Origin: Chloroflexota bacterium
GTDB taxonomy: Bacteria > Chloroflexota > Limnocylindria > Limnocylindrales > CSP1-4
Assembly: GCA_040755495.1 (NCBI GenBank)
Contig: JBFMAT010000001.1
Location: forward strand, 101,009-165,008
Length of the DNA stretch: 64,000 nt
Direction: 5' to 3'
The notes beneath the pieces were generated by a model that saw only the letters and a program-made list of their open reading frames with translations, ran no database searches and was not told where the DNA came from. The position numbers were made by a program, and so were the translations under genes. Of this stretch, positions 16,530-26,284 are shown piece after piece. How positions within the stretch are numbered: position 1 is the stretch's first letter; every line of letters begins with the position of its first letter.

Positions 16530-18689
16530 TCACGCGCGTGCCGCGACCTCCTCCGTCGCCCGGTCGCGGGCGACCGTCACGGCCTGGCGGACCGCGAACC
16601 GTCGCGTCTCGCCGGGCGCCAGCCGGACCGGCCACGAGACCAGCAGCCCGCTGCCCTGGTACACGCGCTCGAAGCCGGCCTCGGAGTTCGAGATCGTCTC
16701 GATCGGCGCCCACCAGGCGTCGGCGGCCGGCTCGAACGAGGCCCGCACCGCGACGCCCACCCAGTCGTTGCCGTAGCCGAGGGCGGTGGTCGAGGCGGCC
16801 CGGCCGGCCGCGTCATGGGCCGAGCGCGCGCCGGCGACGTCGTACCACGCGGACGGGTTGCCACCGCCGCCCAAGAGGTGGAGCGACAGCTCGAGGCCCA
16901 GCCGGGTCTCGATCGCGTCGCCGCCGCGGTGGTGGACCTCGAGCTCGATGACCAGCTCCGGGTCCAGGCGACCGCCCAGCATCCGGATCGTCTTGCCCAC
17001 GGTGAGCGGCTGGCCGTGCGCCGTACCGTTCCGTGACAGCGAGACCTGCCCGGGCGCGAGATGGTCCACCGCGAACTCGCCGTCGCGGAAGTCGCCGAGC
17101 TCCACCTCGCCGGCCGTCGCGACGGCCTCGGGGGTCACGTCCGGCGCCAGGAACCGCACCAGGCCCGTCCGGCGCTCGTGGTCGTCGTAGAACAGGCGAC
17201 GGGACAGCCCGGGCTCCTTGACCATCACCAGGTCGTGGATCGAGGCGGGGGCGCCGCCCTCGGCCGCCGGGCCGTCGTCGCCGGGCGGCTTCGCCTCGTG
17301 CGCCAGAAGCGTCTCGTGGTACGCCTCCGGCCGCCGGCGCAGGACGGCGGCCATCGCGTGGCGCGCGGCTCGCAGGTCCCAGCTGCCGATGCCGCCGCCC
17401 TCGGCCGGCTTGACCGTGACCACCTGGCCCGGATCCGCGAGGTAGGCCTCGGTCAGCCCGTCGAGGTCGAGGTCCGTGAGCTGCGCGATGCGCGGCCAGC
17501 CGATGATCGCGTCCGCGGCGTCCTCGGCGGCGATCAGGTGCTCGTACGTGGCGAGGCGCATGTGCGAGATGTAGATCCCGCCGAACAGCCCGTGCCAGTA
17601 GCAGTCGTTGGACTGGCCCCGGTGGAGGTGGTCGAGCGCGCCGGTCTTGTCCGCCCCCGAGGGCATCGACGCGACCTTGGCCGACGTCCGGAGCATCTGC
17701 TTGTGGAGGTCGTTGATCTCGCGGTACTTGACCTGGAAGTTGCGCCAGAACCCGCCGCGCAGCCAGCGCGCCTCGGGACGGCGTTCCGCGACGGCCTGGT
17801 GGAGCAGTGGCGCGAACACGGCGGTCTCGCCGGGCGGCAGCGCCCACTCGCCCATCTCCGCGTACGACGAGGTGGGGACGTACAGCCGGCCGATCGGCGG
17901 CTGGCGGTCCAGCCACTGCGAGGGCGTCACGGTCGTGAGCCAGTCCGCGTTGGCCTCGATCGCCTCGAAGAACCGCTCCACCCAGCGGCCGCCGCCCCAG
18001 CAGTGCTCGTAGGTCGTGGGCCAGGCGCCGAACTTCTCGCCGTCGTCGCCCATCATCCCGACCCGGTCGCCGGCCTCGGTCGCGTGGTCGCGCAGGTAGC
18101 CGATGACGTCCTCCACGGACCCGAACGGGATCCGGTAGCGCAGGCCCTGCTCGGTGCCGAACACGGTCAGCAGCCGGCCCTGGTCATCGGTCGTGTAGGC
18201 GCCCCACAGGTTCTCCTCGGGGATCGCCGCCGCCCGGAAGTGCTGGTCGTCGAGGATCGTCCAGCGGTAGCCGGCCGTGGCCAGCGACGTGGGCAGGTCC
18301 GGCTCCCACACGCGCTCCGCCAGCCAGGCGCCCTGGGGGCGGCGCCCGGTGATGCCCTCGATCACGGCCGCCATGCGGGTCAGCTGGTCGACCCGGTCGA
18401 GCTCGGGGAGCGACGCCAGCACCGGCTCGTACAGGCCGCCGCCGAGCAGCTCCACCTGGCTGCTGGCGACCAGCGACGCCAGCCGGTCCAGGAACTCCGG
18501 CCGCTCGGCCGCCAGCCACTCCAGCAGCGGCCCGGTGTAGTGGAGCGAGAGGCGCACGCCCGGGTGACGCTCGAGGGCCTCGAGCATCGGCAGGTACGCG
18601 TGGTCGAAGACCTCCGCGAACACCCAGCCGAAGTTGCCGACGGGCTGGTGGTTGTGGATGGCCAGCGCCAGCGAGATCCGGGGGGCCAA
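16530..18689 (-). CDS. GH57 family alpha-amylase / 4-alpha-glucanotransferase
   Basis: Last 719 codons of artefactual ORF 16530..23156. TTG start at 18689, with GAGGA 7 nt upstream. Contains LALAIHNHQPVGN, ...WLAERVWEP..., ...DDGEKFGAWP..., ...QSNDCYWHGLFGGIY. Confidence 0.8.
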   Translation of the reverse strand: MAPRISLALAIHNHQPVGNFGWVFAEVFDHAYLPMLEALERHPGVRLSLHYTGPLLEWLAAERPEFLDRLASLVASSQVELLGGGLYEPVLASLPELDRVDQLTRMAAVIEGITGRRPQGAWLAERVWEPDLPTSLATAGYRWTILDDQHFRAAAIPEENLWGAYTTDDQGRLLTVFGTEQGLRYRIPFGSVEDVIGYLRDHATEAGDRVGMMGDDGEKFGAWPTTYEHCWGGGRWVERFFEAIEANADWLTTVTPSQWLDRQPPIGRLYVPTSSYAEMGEWALPPGETAVFAPLLHQAVAERRPEARWLRGGFWRNFQVKYREINDLHKQMLRTSAKVASMPSGADKTGALDHLHRGQSNDCYWHGLFGGIYISHMRLATYEHLIAAEDAADAIIGWPRIAQLTDLDLDGLTEAYLADPGQVVTVKPAEGGGIGSWDLRAARHAMAAVLRRRPEAYHETLLAHEAKPPGDDGPAAEGGAPASIHDLVMVKEPGLSRRLFYDDHERRTGLVRFLAPDVTPEAVATAGEVELGDFRDGEFAVDHLAPGQVSLSRNGTAHGQPLTVGKTIRMLGGRLDPELVIELEVHHRGGDAIETRLGLELSLHLLGGGGNPSAWYDVAGARSAHDAAGRAASTTALGYGNDWVGVAVRASFEPAADAWWAPIETISNSEAGFERVYQGSGLLVSWPVRLAPGETRRFAVRQAVTVARDRATEEVAARA

Positions 18690-18757
18690 CGGTGCGTCCT
18701 CTGGGGGTGGGTGGGTGGTGGGCAGGACCGGGGGGTCGGTCGCGGCGCCCCTGCGGC

Positions 18758-20968
18758 TCAGCCCGTCTCGGCGGGCGCGGCTCGGGGCACGCCGGGCGCG
18801 GTCAGGGGCACGGCGGCGCGCGCCGCCGGGAGGTACAGCCGCTCCACGTACTCGTGGAGCATCCGGGTGGTGGAGAAGCGCCAGATCGTGCTGGCGATGG
18901 AGTTGCGCATGAGCTGCGTCCAGCGGGCCGGGAACCCCTGCGCGTCCCGCTCGTAGTAGGCGGGGACCAGCTCCTGCTCCAGGATCCGGTACAGGTCCTG
19001 GGCATCGGCCCAGTCCTGGGCGCCATCGTCCGGGTTGGTCTCGCGCCCGCCGATCGCCCACCCGTTGTCGCCGGTCCAGCCCTCGTCCCACCAGCCGTCG
19101 AGCACGCTGACGTTGACGATGCCGTTGGCGGCGGCCTTCATGCCCGAGGTGCCGGAGGCTTCGAGCGGGCGCCGGGGGTTGTTGAGCCACACGTCCACGC
19201 CCTGGACGAGGAACCGGGCGATCCGGATGTCGTAGTCCTCGAGGATGAACACCCGGTTGCGGAGCTTGGCGCCCCGCGAACGCCCGAAGATGTCCTGGAT
19301 CACGCCCTGGCCCGGCCGGTCCGCCGGGTGCGCCTTGCCGGCGAAGATGAACTGGACCGGCCGATCCGGGTCCCAGACCAGCCGGGCCAGCCGGTCGTGG
19401 TCCGAGAACAGCAGCGAGGCCCGCTTGTAGGTCGCGAACCGGCGCGCAAAGCCGATCGTGAGGATCGACGGGTCCAGGATCTCCTCGAGCTCCTCGAGCG
19501 TGGACGGCGCCTCGCCGTGACGGGCGAACTGGCTGCGCAGCCGGCCCCGGGCGAAGATCGCGAGCTCCAGCTTCTGGCGCTGGTGCGCCTCCCACAGCTC
19601 GCGCGTGGGCACCTTGTCGATGCGCTCCCAGAACCGGCCCCTGGCCGGCTGGTCGTCCATCCGGTCGAGGTTCGCGTTGGTCCAGCGCTCGAGCGCGTCG
19701 CGCACCGGCTGGCCCACCCACGACGGCGTGTGGACGCCGTTGGTGATGCCCAGGATGTCGTGCGGGGCCACGCCCTGCCAGGTCGCGTTGGCGGTGTGGC
19801 CGTGGAGCTGGGACACCGCGTTGGCGCCCGTCGTGAGCCGGAGCGAGAACGCGGTCATGTCGAACTGCGACGGGTCGCCGTCCACGCCCCGCCCGAGGTC
19901 CAGCACGGTTTGCATCGGCACGCCGCCGGTGCCCGGCCGCCCGTCGCCGTCGAGCAGCGGCGCGGCGACCCGGCGGACGAGGTCGACGTCGAAGCGCTCG
20001 TTGCCGGCAGCGACCGGGGTGTGGATCGTGAACACGCTGTTGCGCCGGATCTCCGGCCACGCTCCCTCGATCGGCGTGCCCGCGGCCACCAGCTCCCGCG
20101 CCCGCTCCGCGAGCAGGAACGCGGAGTGGCCCTCGTTGAGGTGCCACACGGCGGGGTCCAGGCCCAGGGCCCGCAGCGCCCGGACGCCGCCCACGCCCAG
20201 CACGAGCTCCTGGTGCAGGCGCATCTCCCGGCCGCGCACGTAGAGCATGTGGGTGATCGGGCGGTCCGAGTCGTCGTTGTCGGGGACGTCCGTGTCCAGC
20301 AGCAGGACCGGCACCCGCCCGACCTGCACCATCCACACCGCGGCGAACAGCTCGCGGCCGGGCAGCTGCACGCGCACCGTCAGCGGCTGGCCGAGGCGGT
20401 CGAGGGCGCGCAGGATCGGCAGCCGGGCGAGCTCGTAGTCCGGGTAGGCGTGCTCCTGGTGCCCGTCGGCGTCGATCGTCTGGCGGAAGTAGCCCTTGCG
20501 GTACAGGAGCCCCACGCCGACCAGCGGCAGGGCCATGTCCGAGGCCGTCTTCATGTGATCGCCGGCGAGCACGCCGAGGCCGCCCGAGTAGATGCCGAGC
20601 GACTCGTGGAACCCGTACTCCGCGCAGAAGTAGGCGATCGGGCCGTTGAGCTCCTTGCCGTGGTGGCGCGCGAACCAGTGCCCCGTGCCGTTGGCCATGT
20701 ACTCGTCGAACTCGCGGACGATGTCGTCGTACTCGGCGAGGAAGGCGGGGTTGTCCAGGAGCTGGTCCCACTGGACCGGGCCCTGGAGCAGCGGGACGGG
20801 GTTGCGGTAGCGGGCCCAGGCCGCGGCGTCGATCCGCGAGAACAGGATGCGGGTCCGCGGGTGCCAGCTCCACCACAGGTTGTAGGCGAGCCGTCGGAGG
20901 CCCTCGAGGGCGGGCGGCAGGTGGAAGTGCGCGCCGGGCGCGACGGGGACTTGGACGAGGGGCTCCAT
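18758..20968 (-). CDS. glgP: Alpha-glucan phosphorylase (GT35)
   Basis: ORF 18758..20989; the ATG at 20968 is preferred over the GTG at 20989. Contains LAYNLWWSWHP, GGLGVLAGDHMKTASD and TSGMKAAANG (PLP Lys region). Confidence 0.85.
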   Translation of the reverse strand: MEPLVQVPVAPGAHFHLPPALEGLRRLAYNLWWSWHPRTRILFSRIDAAAWARYRNPVPLLQGPVQWDQLLDNPAFLAEYDDIVREFDEYMANGTGHWFARHHGKELNGPIAYFCAEYGFHESLGIYSGGLGVLAGDHMKTASDMALPLVGVGLLYRKGYFRQTIDADGHQEHAYPDYELARLPILRALDRLGQPLTVRVQLPGRELFAAVWMVQVGRVPVLLLDTDVPDNDDSDRPITHMLYVRGREMRLHQELVLGVGGVRALRALGLDPAVWHLNEGHSAFLLAERARELVAAGTPIEGAWPEIRRNSVFTIHTPVAAGNERFDVDLVRRVAAPLLDGDGRPGTGGVPMQTVLDLGRGVDGDPSQFDMTAFSLRLTTGANAVSQLHGHTANATWQGVAPHDILGITNGVHTPSWVGQPVRDALERWTNANLDRMDDQPARGRFWERIDKVPTRELWEAHQRQKLELAIFARGRLRSQFARHGEAPSTLEELEEILDPSILTIGFARRFATYKRASLLFSDHDRLARLVWDPDRPVQFIFAGKAHPADRPGQGVIQDIFGRSRGAKLRNRVFILEDYDIRIARFLVQGVDVWLNNPRRPLEASGTSGMKAAANGIVNVSVLDGWWDEGWTGDNGWAIGGRETNPDDGAQDWADAQDLYRILEQELVPAYYERDAQGFPARWTQLMRNSIASTIWRFSTTRMLHEYVERLYLPAARAAVPLTAPGVPRAAPAETG

Positions 20969-21062
20969 GAGCGGGCAATGATAGCCCACGCGCCGGGCGT
21001 GTGAACCGGTTTAGGCCGCGGCACGGGCCGCGTCTCCGGCCGCTACGATGCGGCGCATGACC

Positions 21063-22541
21063 ATGCGCGTCGCGCTGCTCGCCGCCGAGTGCGAGCCGTG
21101 GGCCAAGACGGGCGGCCTCGCGGACGTGGTGGACGCGCTCGCGCGGGCCCTCGGCCGGCTGCCGGAGGCGGGCACGGAGCTCGCGGCGCCCGTGGACGTG
21201 TTCCTGCCCCGCTACCGGTCCGTGCCCGTCCCCGCCGACGCCACCCGCGAGCCCGTCCTGCGCATCGAGGACCCAGCGGGCGGGGCGCCGATCGAGGTCA
21301 CGATCGTCGACGTCGCGGCGGACGGCTACCGGCTGCGGCTGGTGGACGTGCCGCGCGCCTTCGACCGCGATGGCTTCTACGACCACCCCGACGACCCGTG
21401 GCGGTTCGCCGTCCTGTGCCGCGCGGCGCTGGCCGCGCTGCGGCGGGACGGCACGCCGCTCGACGTCCTGCACGTCCACGACTGGCACACGGGCCCCGCG
21501 CTCCTCGAGCGGGCCCGCGGCGAGGTCGCGGGCGACCCGTTCCTGGCGCGCATGGCGGTCGTCGCGACGCTCCACAACCTCGCCTACCACGGCTGGACGC
21601 CGCTGGCGCAGGTCCAGCAGCTGGGCCTGGTGCCGGGCGAGCCGCTGGCCGGCAGCAACCCCGACGGCATCGACCTCCTGCGCACCGCCATCGAGCGGTC
21701 CGAGATCGTCAACACGGTCTCGCCCGGCTTCGCCCGCGAGGCGCTCACGCCGGCCTTCGGCATGGGCCTCGACGAGGCGCTGCGCGCGAAGGGCGACCGG
21801 TTCCTGGGCATCCTCAACGGCATCGACCCGGCCGTCTGGGATCCCGCGACGGACGCGGCGATCGCGGCGCCGTACTCGCGGGCGTCGCCCGGGGGCAAGG
21901 CGGCCTGCCGGCGCGACCTCCTGGGCCGGCTCGGCTTCGATCCCGACGACGACGGCGCCGTGGCCGGCATGATCGGGCGGATGGACCCGCAGAAGGGGTT
22001 CGACCTGCTTGCCGACGGCGCGCGGGACCTCCTCGCGGCGGGCGTGCGGATCGTCGTCCAGGGCAGCGGCCACGCGTCGCTCGCCGACCCGTTCCGGGCG
22101 CTGGCGGCGGCCAGCCCCGCCCGGGTCGCCCTCATCGAGCGCTTCGACCGGGACATGGCGCGGCGGATCTACGCCGGCGCCGACCTGTTCCTCATGCCGT
22201 CGCGGTTCGAGCCCTGCGGGCAGGGCCAGATGATCGCCCTGCGCTACGGGACGCCGCCCGTGGTGCGGCGGACCGGCGGCCTCGCGGACTCCGTGATCGA
22301 CGCGGACGAGCGGCCGGGCGAGGGGACCGGGTTCGTGTTCGATGCCGCGACGCCGCGGGCGCTGGTGGCGGCCGTCGTGCGGGCGGCGGCGCTGCGGGCC
22401 GCGGGCACGGGCGCGTGGGCCGCGCTCGTGGACCGCGGGATGGCCGTCGACTTCGCCTGGGACACGGGGCCCGCATCGGCGTACCTCGCGGCCTACCGGC
22501 GGGCGGTCGCGATCCGTCGGGCCGAGCGAAGCCGGGGCTAG
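21063..22541 (+). CDS. glgA: Glycogen/starch synthase (GT5, ADP-glucose type)
   Basis: ORF 21048..22541. Starts MRVALLAAECEPWAKTGGLADVV (KTGGL motif), with ...PSRFEPCGQGQM... later. Divergent from glgP. Confidence 0.85.
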   Translation: MRVALLAAECEPWAKTGGLADVVDALARALGRLPEAGTELAAPVDVFLPRYRSVPVPADATREPVLRIEDPAGGAPIEVTIVDVAADGYRLRLVDVPRAFDRDGFYDHPDDPWRFAVLCRAALAALRRDGTPLDVLHVHDWHTGPALLERARGEVAGDPFLARMAVVATLHNLAYHGWTPLAQVQQLGLVPGEPLAGSNPDGIDLLRTAIERSEIVNTVSPGFAREALTPAFGMGLDEALRAKGDRFLGILNGIDPAVWDPATDAAIAAPYSRASPGGKAACRRDLLGRLGFDPDDDGAVAGMIGRMDPQKGFDLLADGARDLLAAGVRIVVQGSGHASLADPFRALAAASPARVALIERFDRDMARRIYAGADLFLMPSRFEPCGQGQMIALRYGTPPVVRRTGGLADSVIDADERPGEGTGFVFDAATPRALVAAVVRAAALRAAGTGAWAALVDRGMAVDFAWDTGPASAYLAAYRRAVAIRRAERSRG

Positions 22542-22647
22542 CGGCACCGAGGCTGGCGGAACCGGGCTCGCCGGGGATGCCCCGGCCGTGCGAGAATCGG
22601 GCCTCGATCCCGACCCACCGCGGCCAGCCCGCCGCCCGGAGGCCACG

Positions 22648-23034
22648 ATGCCGAAGCAGTTCGTCGTCCAGGTGACCAACAAGCCCGGCCAGATGGCCCT
22701 GCTCGCCGAGCAGATGGCCGCCCGCGGCGTCGACCTGCGGGCCATCGGCGGCGGCGGCCTGGGGGAGGTCGGCCACTTCATCATGACCACCGCCGACGAC
22801 GACACCGCGCGCAAGGTCCTCGAGGACGGCGGCTGGACGTTCCTCGAGGGCGAGTCGCTGCTGGCCGAGGTGGACGACCGCCCGGGCGGGATGGCCAAGA
22901 TCGCCCGCGCGCTCGCGGACGCCAACGTCAACGTCCTCGGCCACCTGTTCATCGGCCGGTGGGGGGATCGGGCGACGTTCGCGTTCATCGTCGACGACCC
23001 CGAGAAGGCGCGCCCGATCCTCGAGCGCCGCTGA
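22648..23034 (+). CDS. ACT domain-containing protein (two ACT-like repeats)
   Basis: ORF 22342..23034 trimmed to the ATG at 22648, which has GGAGG upstream. Contains VVQVTNKPGQMALLAEQMAARGVDLRAI and ...LAEVDDRPGGMAKIARALADANVNV. Confidence 0.6.
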   Translation: MPKQFVVQVTNKPGQMALLAEQMAARGVDLRAIGGGGLGEVGHFIMTTADDDTARKVLEDGGWTFLEGESLLAEVDDRPGGMAKIARALADANVNVLGHLFIGRWGDRATFAFIVDDPEKARPILERR

Positions 23035-23230
23035 CCCGCGCCCCGGGTCGGCGGGAGCGGCCTGCCGCCGTGCCTGGGCGGACCGGTAGGGTCCGGTACG
23101 TTCGTCCTGGGACTCGTTGACGCCGGGCACCGGTAAGCCCTCGAAAGGCTGGTCAACGCGGGTGCCGGAGCGGCATGCTGCCGGCCTCGGCCGCCACCGT
23201 CGGCGGCCAGGACTCAGGGAGTGCTGATCG

Positions 23231-24103
23231 ATGCGCCGGGCTCTCGCGCTGTTGCTCGCGGTCCTCCTGCTCGGGCTCGCCGCGGCCCCCGCCTCGGCCG
23301 ACACCGTCCGCCGCACCTGGCGGGCGAGCATCGGCACTTCCGGCGCGAACGGGGCGGCCACCCTGTGGGCGTACCTGGACGGCGACGCGCGGATGCTGCT
23401 CAACCTGCGCGGGCTCCAGCCGACGGCGGCGTACGCGGTGGAGATCCGGGGCGGCTCGTGCGCCTCGCTGGGCTCCGTGCTGACCCGGACGGAGGCGGCG
23501 ACGACGGACGCGATTGGCGCGTTCTACGGCTACCGCCACCTGACCCAGGGCCAGATGAACGACGTGTGGACGGTGGCCCGCCGGGGCTCGATCGTCATCC
23601 GGCTCGTGTCGGGCACGTCGGTGCGCTGCGCCAGCCTCGCGTTCTACCGTGCGACCCGCGTGCGGATCCCCGCCTACTCGATCGACCTGCCGGTGATCCC
23701 GGGTCCCGGCGGCTACCCGCCGTGCAACGTCGCGATGTACGTCCGGGAGCTGTCCCAGCCGCGAGAGCCGGGCGTGACGATGATCTACGCCCATGCGCGT
23801 CGGGGCATGTTCCTGCCCCTGCTCCGCGCGTCGAAGACCAACAACGGCGCCGCGATGATCGGCAAGCTGGTCTACGTGTACACGAGCGACAGCAAGGCCG
23901 TCGTGTACAGGATCACCCAGGTGCGGCGCCACGTGACGTCGATCCAGAACGCGTTCGGGATCACCAGCGAGCGCCTGTGGCTGTACACGTCCGAGGGGCC
24001 GAGCTTCAGCTACCCGAAGCTGGTCGTCGTCGCCTCGAGGGTGAAGGTCGTGTCGGCGACGTACAGCGCCTCGCACCCCAGGGCGAAGCCGGTCAAGTGC
24101 TGA
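23231..24103 (+). CDS. Secreted protein with C-terminal sortase-like domain (Cys position occupied by Ser)
   Basis: ORF 23231..24103. Signal peptide MRRALALLLAVLLLGLAAAPASA. The C-terminal part reads IPAYSIDLPVI...MIYAHARRGMFLPL...LWLYTSEGP...VVVASRV, which follows the sortase His / TLxTC / Arg layout except for TS in place of TC. Confidence 0.5.
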   Translation: MRRALALLLAVLLLGLAAAPASADTVRRTWRASIGTSGANGAATLWAYLDGDARMLLNLRGLQPTAAYAVEIRGGSCASLGSVLTRTEAATTDAIGAFYGYRHLTQGQMNDVWTVARRGSIVIRLVSGTSVRCASLAFYRATRVRIPAYSIDLPVIPGPGGYPPCNVAMYVRELSQPREPGVTMIYAHARRGMFLPLLRASKTNNGAAMIGKLVYVYTSDSKAVVYRITQVRRHVTSIQNAFGITSERLWLYTSEGPSFSYPKLVVVASRVKVVSATYSASHPRAKPVKC

Positions 24104-24189
24104 CCTGATCCCGCGGGCCCACCGGTCGGGGCCGGCCTCGCCACGCCCGGCGCCCGGCGCTACGCTGGCCACGACGAGGAGGTGGCGCG

Positions 24190-25080
24190 ATGCGGGTCGG
24201 GATCATCGTCCCCCAGGGCTGGACGGGGGAGTACGACGGCTGGGACCCGGCGCGCGCCTGGGCGCGCACGGTCGCGGTCGCGCACGAGGCGGACGGGCTG
24301 GGCTTCGACTCGATCTGGCTGTTCGACCATGTCCAGACCGTGCCCGTGCCGACCGACGAGATCACGTTCGAGGCGTTCGTCGGGTTGTCCGCGCTGGCGG
24401 TCGAGACGGCGCGGGTCCGCCTCGGGCACCTCGTGCTGTGCGCCGGCTACCGCAACCCGGCGCTGGTCGCGAAGATGATCTCGACGCTCGACGTCGTGTC
24501 CGGCGGGCGCGCGGAGCTGGGCCTCGGCGCGGGCTGGAAGGAGGACGAGTTCACGGCCTACGGCTGGGGCTTCCCGCCGCTGCGGACCCGGATGGAGGGG
24601 CTCGAGGACGCGCTCGAGATCGCGACCCGGATGCTGGGCGGCGGCCGGGCGACCTACGCCGGGCCGGCGTATGCCGTGCACGATGCAATCAACGTGCCGC
24701 GCGGCCTGCAGCGGCCGCGGGTCCCCATCCTCGTCGGCGGCAACGGGCCGAACCGGACGTGGCGCCTGGCGGCGCGGTTCGCGGACGAGCTCAACCTCGA
24801 CTGGCTGTCGCCCGAGGAGGTCGCGGCGGCGCGGCCGGTGATCGCGTCACGGTGCGAGGAGATCGGTCGGGACCCGGCGACGCTGCGGATCTCGGTCAAC
24901 ATCGGGCGCGACGACTCGGCGGTGGAGGGTCAGCCCCGGATCGACCTGCTCCGGGGTTACCGGGAGGCCGGCGTGGACCGGGTGATGACGCTGATCGCCG
25001 CCTCGGCGGAGGATGACGGGGCGCTGGCCCGCTTCGCCGAGGACTGCGTGGCCGCGGGCGCGGAGCTGGACCGGGCCTGA
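24190..25080 (+). CDS. LLM-class F420-dependent oxidoreductase
   Basis: ORF 24190..25080. Contains MRVGIIVPQGW...GFDSIWLFDH...GRAELGLGAGWKEDEFTAYG. Confidence 0.8.
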   Translation: MRVGIIVPQGWTGEYDGWDPARAWARTVAVAHEADGLGFDSIWLFDHVQTVPVPTDEITFEAFVGLSALAVETARVRLGHLVLCAGYRNPALVAKMISTLDVVSGGRAELGLGAGWKEDEFTAYGWGFPPLRTRMEGLEDALEIATRMLGGGRATYAGPAYAVHDAINVPRGLQRPRVPILVGGNGPNRTWRLAARFADELNLDWLSPEEVAAARPVIASRCEEIGRDPATLRISVNIGRDDSAVEGQPRIDLLRGYREAGVDRVMTLIAASAEDDGALARFAEDCVAAGAELDRA

Positions 25081-25132
25081 GGTTCGGACCTCGCCTGGGC
25101 CCCATTCGCGGGCGCTCGCGGACCCGAACCCG

Positions 25133-26284
25133 TCAGGCCGGGCTCACGAACCGCACGTCGCCGCCGTCGGGGGCCAGCAGGCCGAGCAGCGCGACCGCCT
25201 CGGCCTCCACCGCGGCCCGGTCGGCGCCCGACAGCCGCGCCAGCGGCTCGACCTCGATCACGGCCCGGGCGTTCCCGCCGGCCTTCCCCGCGGCCGTCCC
25301 CCCGGCCGTCCCCCCGGCCTTCGCCCCGGTCCTCGCCCCGGGTCGCCGCAACCGCCAGAACCCGGCCACGAACCCGTCCACGAGGAACGACGGGCCGCCC
25401 CGCTCCCGGGTGATCGCGCGGAACGCGTCGGGCAGGATCCGCGACCGGTCATCGTGCGACAGCAGCGCGTTGTCGTAGTCCGGGAGGAACCGGACCGGCG
25501 CCGGCAGGTCGGCCTCGGCCAGGAGCCAGTCCGGGACGTCGAACAGCTCGCGGCCCGCCTCGTCGCGGAACGTGTGCAGCCCGGGTCGGAGCCGCTCGAG
25601 CACCGCCCGCATCCCCGTCAGGCGCGACCACGCGGCGACGTCCGCCACCGATGCCGGGCCGAAGGCCGCGAGGTAGCGGAGCACGGCATCGTCCGGCGAG
25701 GGGTCGCTGCCCATCGGCCGCCCGGTCGCGTGGTCGAGGGCGCCGAGCGTCGGCTCCGCAGCGCGCCCCCAGGCGCCGCGCGGCGGGACCTGGTACGTGG
25801 GCAGCAGGTTCCGCACCGTGTACGCGAGCGTCGTCGCGTCGCGGTCCGGGAAGCGCTCGGCCATCGCCGCCCGGAGCTCGCGCAGCGGCCGCGGCCGCTC
25901 CTCGATCAGCGCCCGCCCGACGTCCAGCACCGGCCCGATGTCCACCCCCTCGAGGCCCACGCTCCAGGTCCGGTTGCGGTACAGCTCGGCATCGAGCACC
26001 GGCTGCATGACCGCCCGCAGCGACAGCGCATCCTCGACCGTGACCAGGTGGATCGTCGAGCGCATGAGCGCCATCCGGACCAGCCGGCCGGCCAGCACCT
26101 CCTCGGCGACGACCGCGGGGTCGTAGGCCTCGAGGCGCGACCACAGCGCGATGTAGGGCGAGGTCGGCACCTGGGCCTGGAGGCCGACGAGGTGGTCGAT
26201 GGCCTCGATCGGAGGCGTGGTCACCCGCGCCAGCAGGAGCTGCCGGGCGAGCAGGGTGCGGTTGAGCGTGCGGGTGTCGAGCAC
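25133..26284 (-). CDS. Winged-helix DNA-binding protein, YcaQ/DUF1006 family
   Basis: C-terminal 383 codons of artefactual ORF 25133..27961. GTG at 26284 (VLDTRTLNRTLLARQLLL...HLVGLQAQ...RSTIHLV). The ATG at 26410 is an alternative start. Confidence 0.7.
   Translation of the reverse strand: MLDTRTLNRTLLARQLLLARVTTPPIEAIDHLVGLQAQVPTSPYIALWSRLEAYDPAVVAEEVLAGRLVRMALMRSTIHLVTVEDALSLRAVMQPVLDAELYRNRTWSVGLEGVDIGPVLDVGRALIEERPRPLRELRAAMAERFPDRDATTLAYTVRNLLPTYQVPPRGAWGRAAEPTLGALDHATGRPMGSDPSPDDAVLRYLAAFGPASVADVAAWSRLTGMRAVLERLRPGLHTFRDEAGRELFDVPDWLLAEADLPAPVRFLPDYDNALLSHDDRSRILPDAFRAITRERGGPSFLVDGFVAGFWRLRRPGARTGAKAGGTAGGTAAGKAGGNARAVIEVEPLARLSGADRAAVEAEAVALLGLLAPDGGDVRFVSPA

Noticed and set aside
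16530-23156. A 2208-aa ORF on the minus strand, the longest in the track.
   Set aside because: Only its last 719 codons (16530..18689) have protein-like composition and GH57 motifs. The remainder is Arg/Pro/Gly/Ala-rich and runs antisense to, or out of frame with, the well-supported glgP, glgA and ACT genes. It is a stop-codon-poor artefact of very high GC content.
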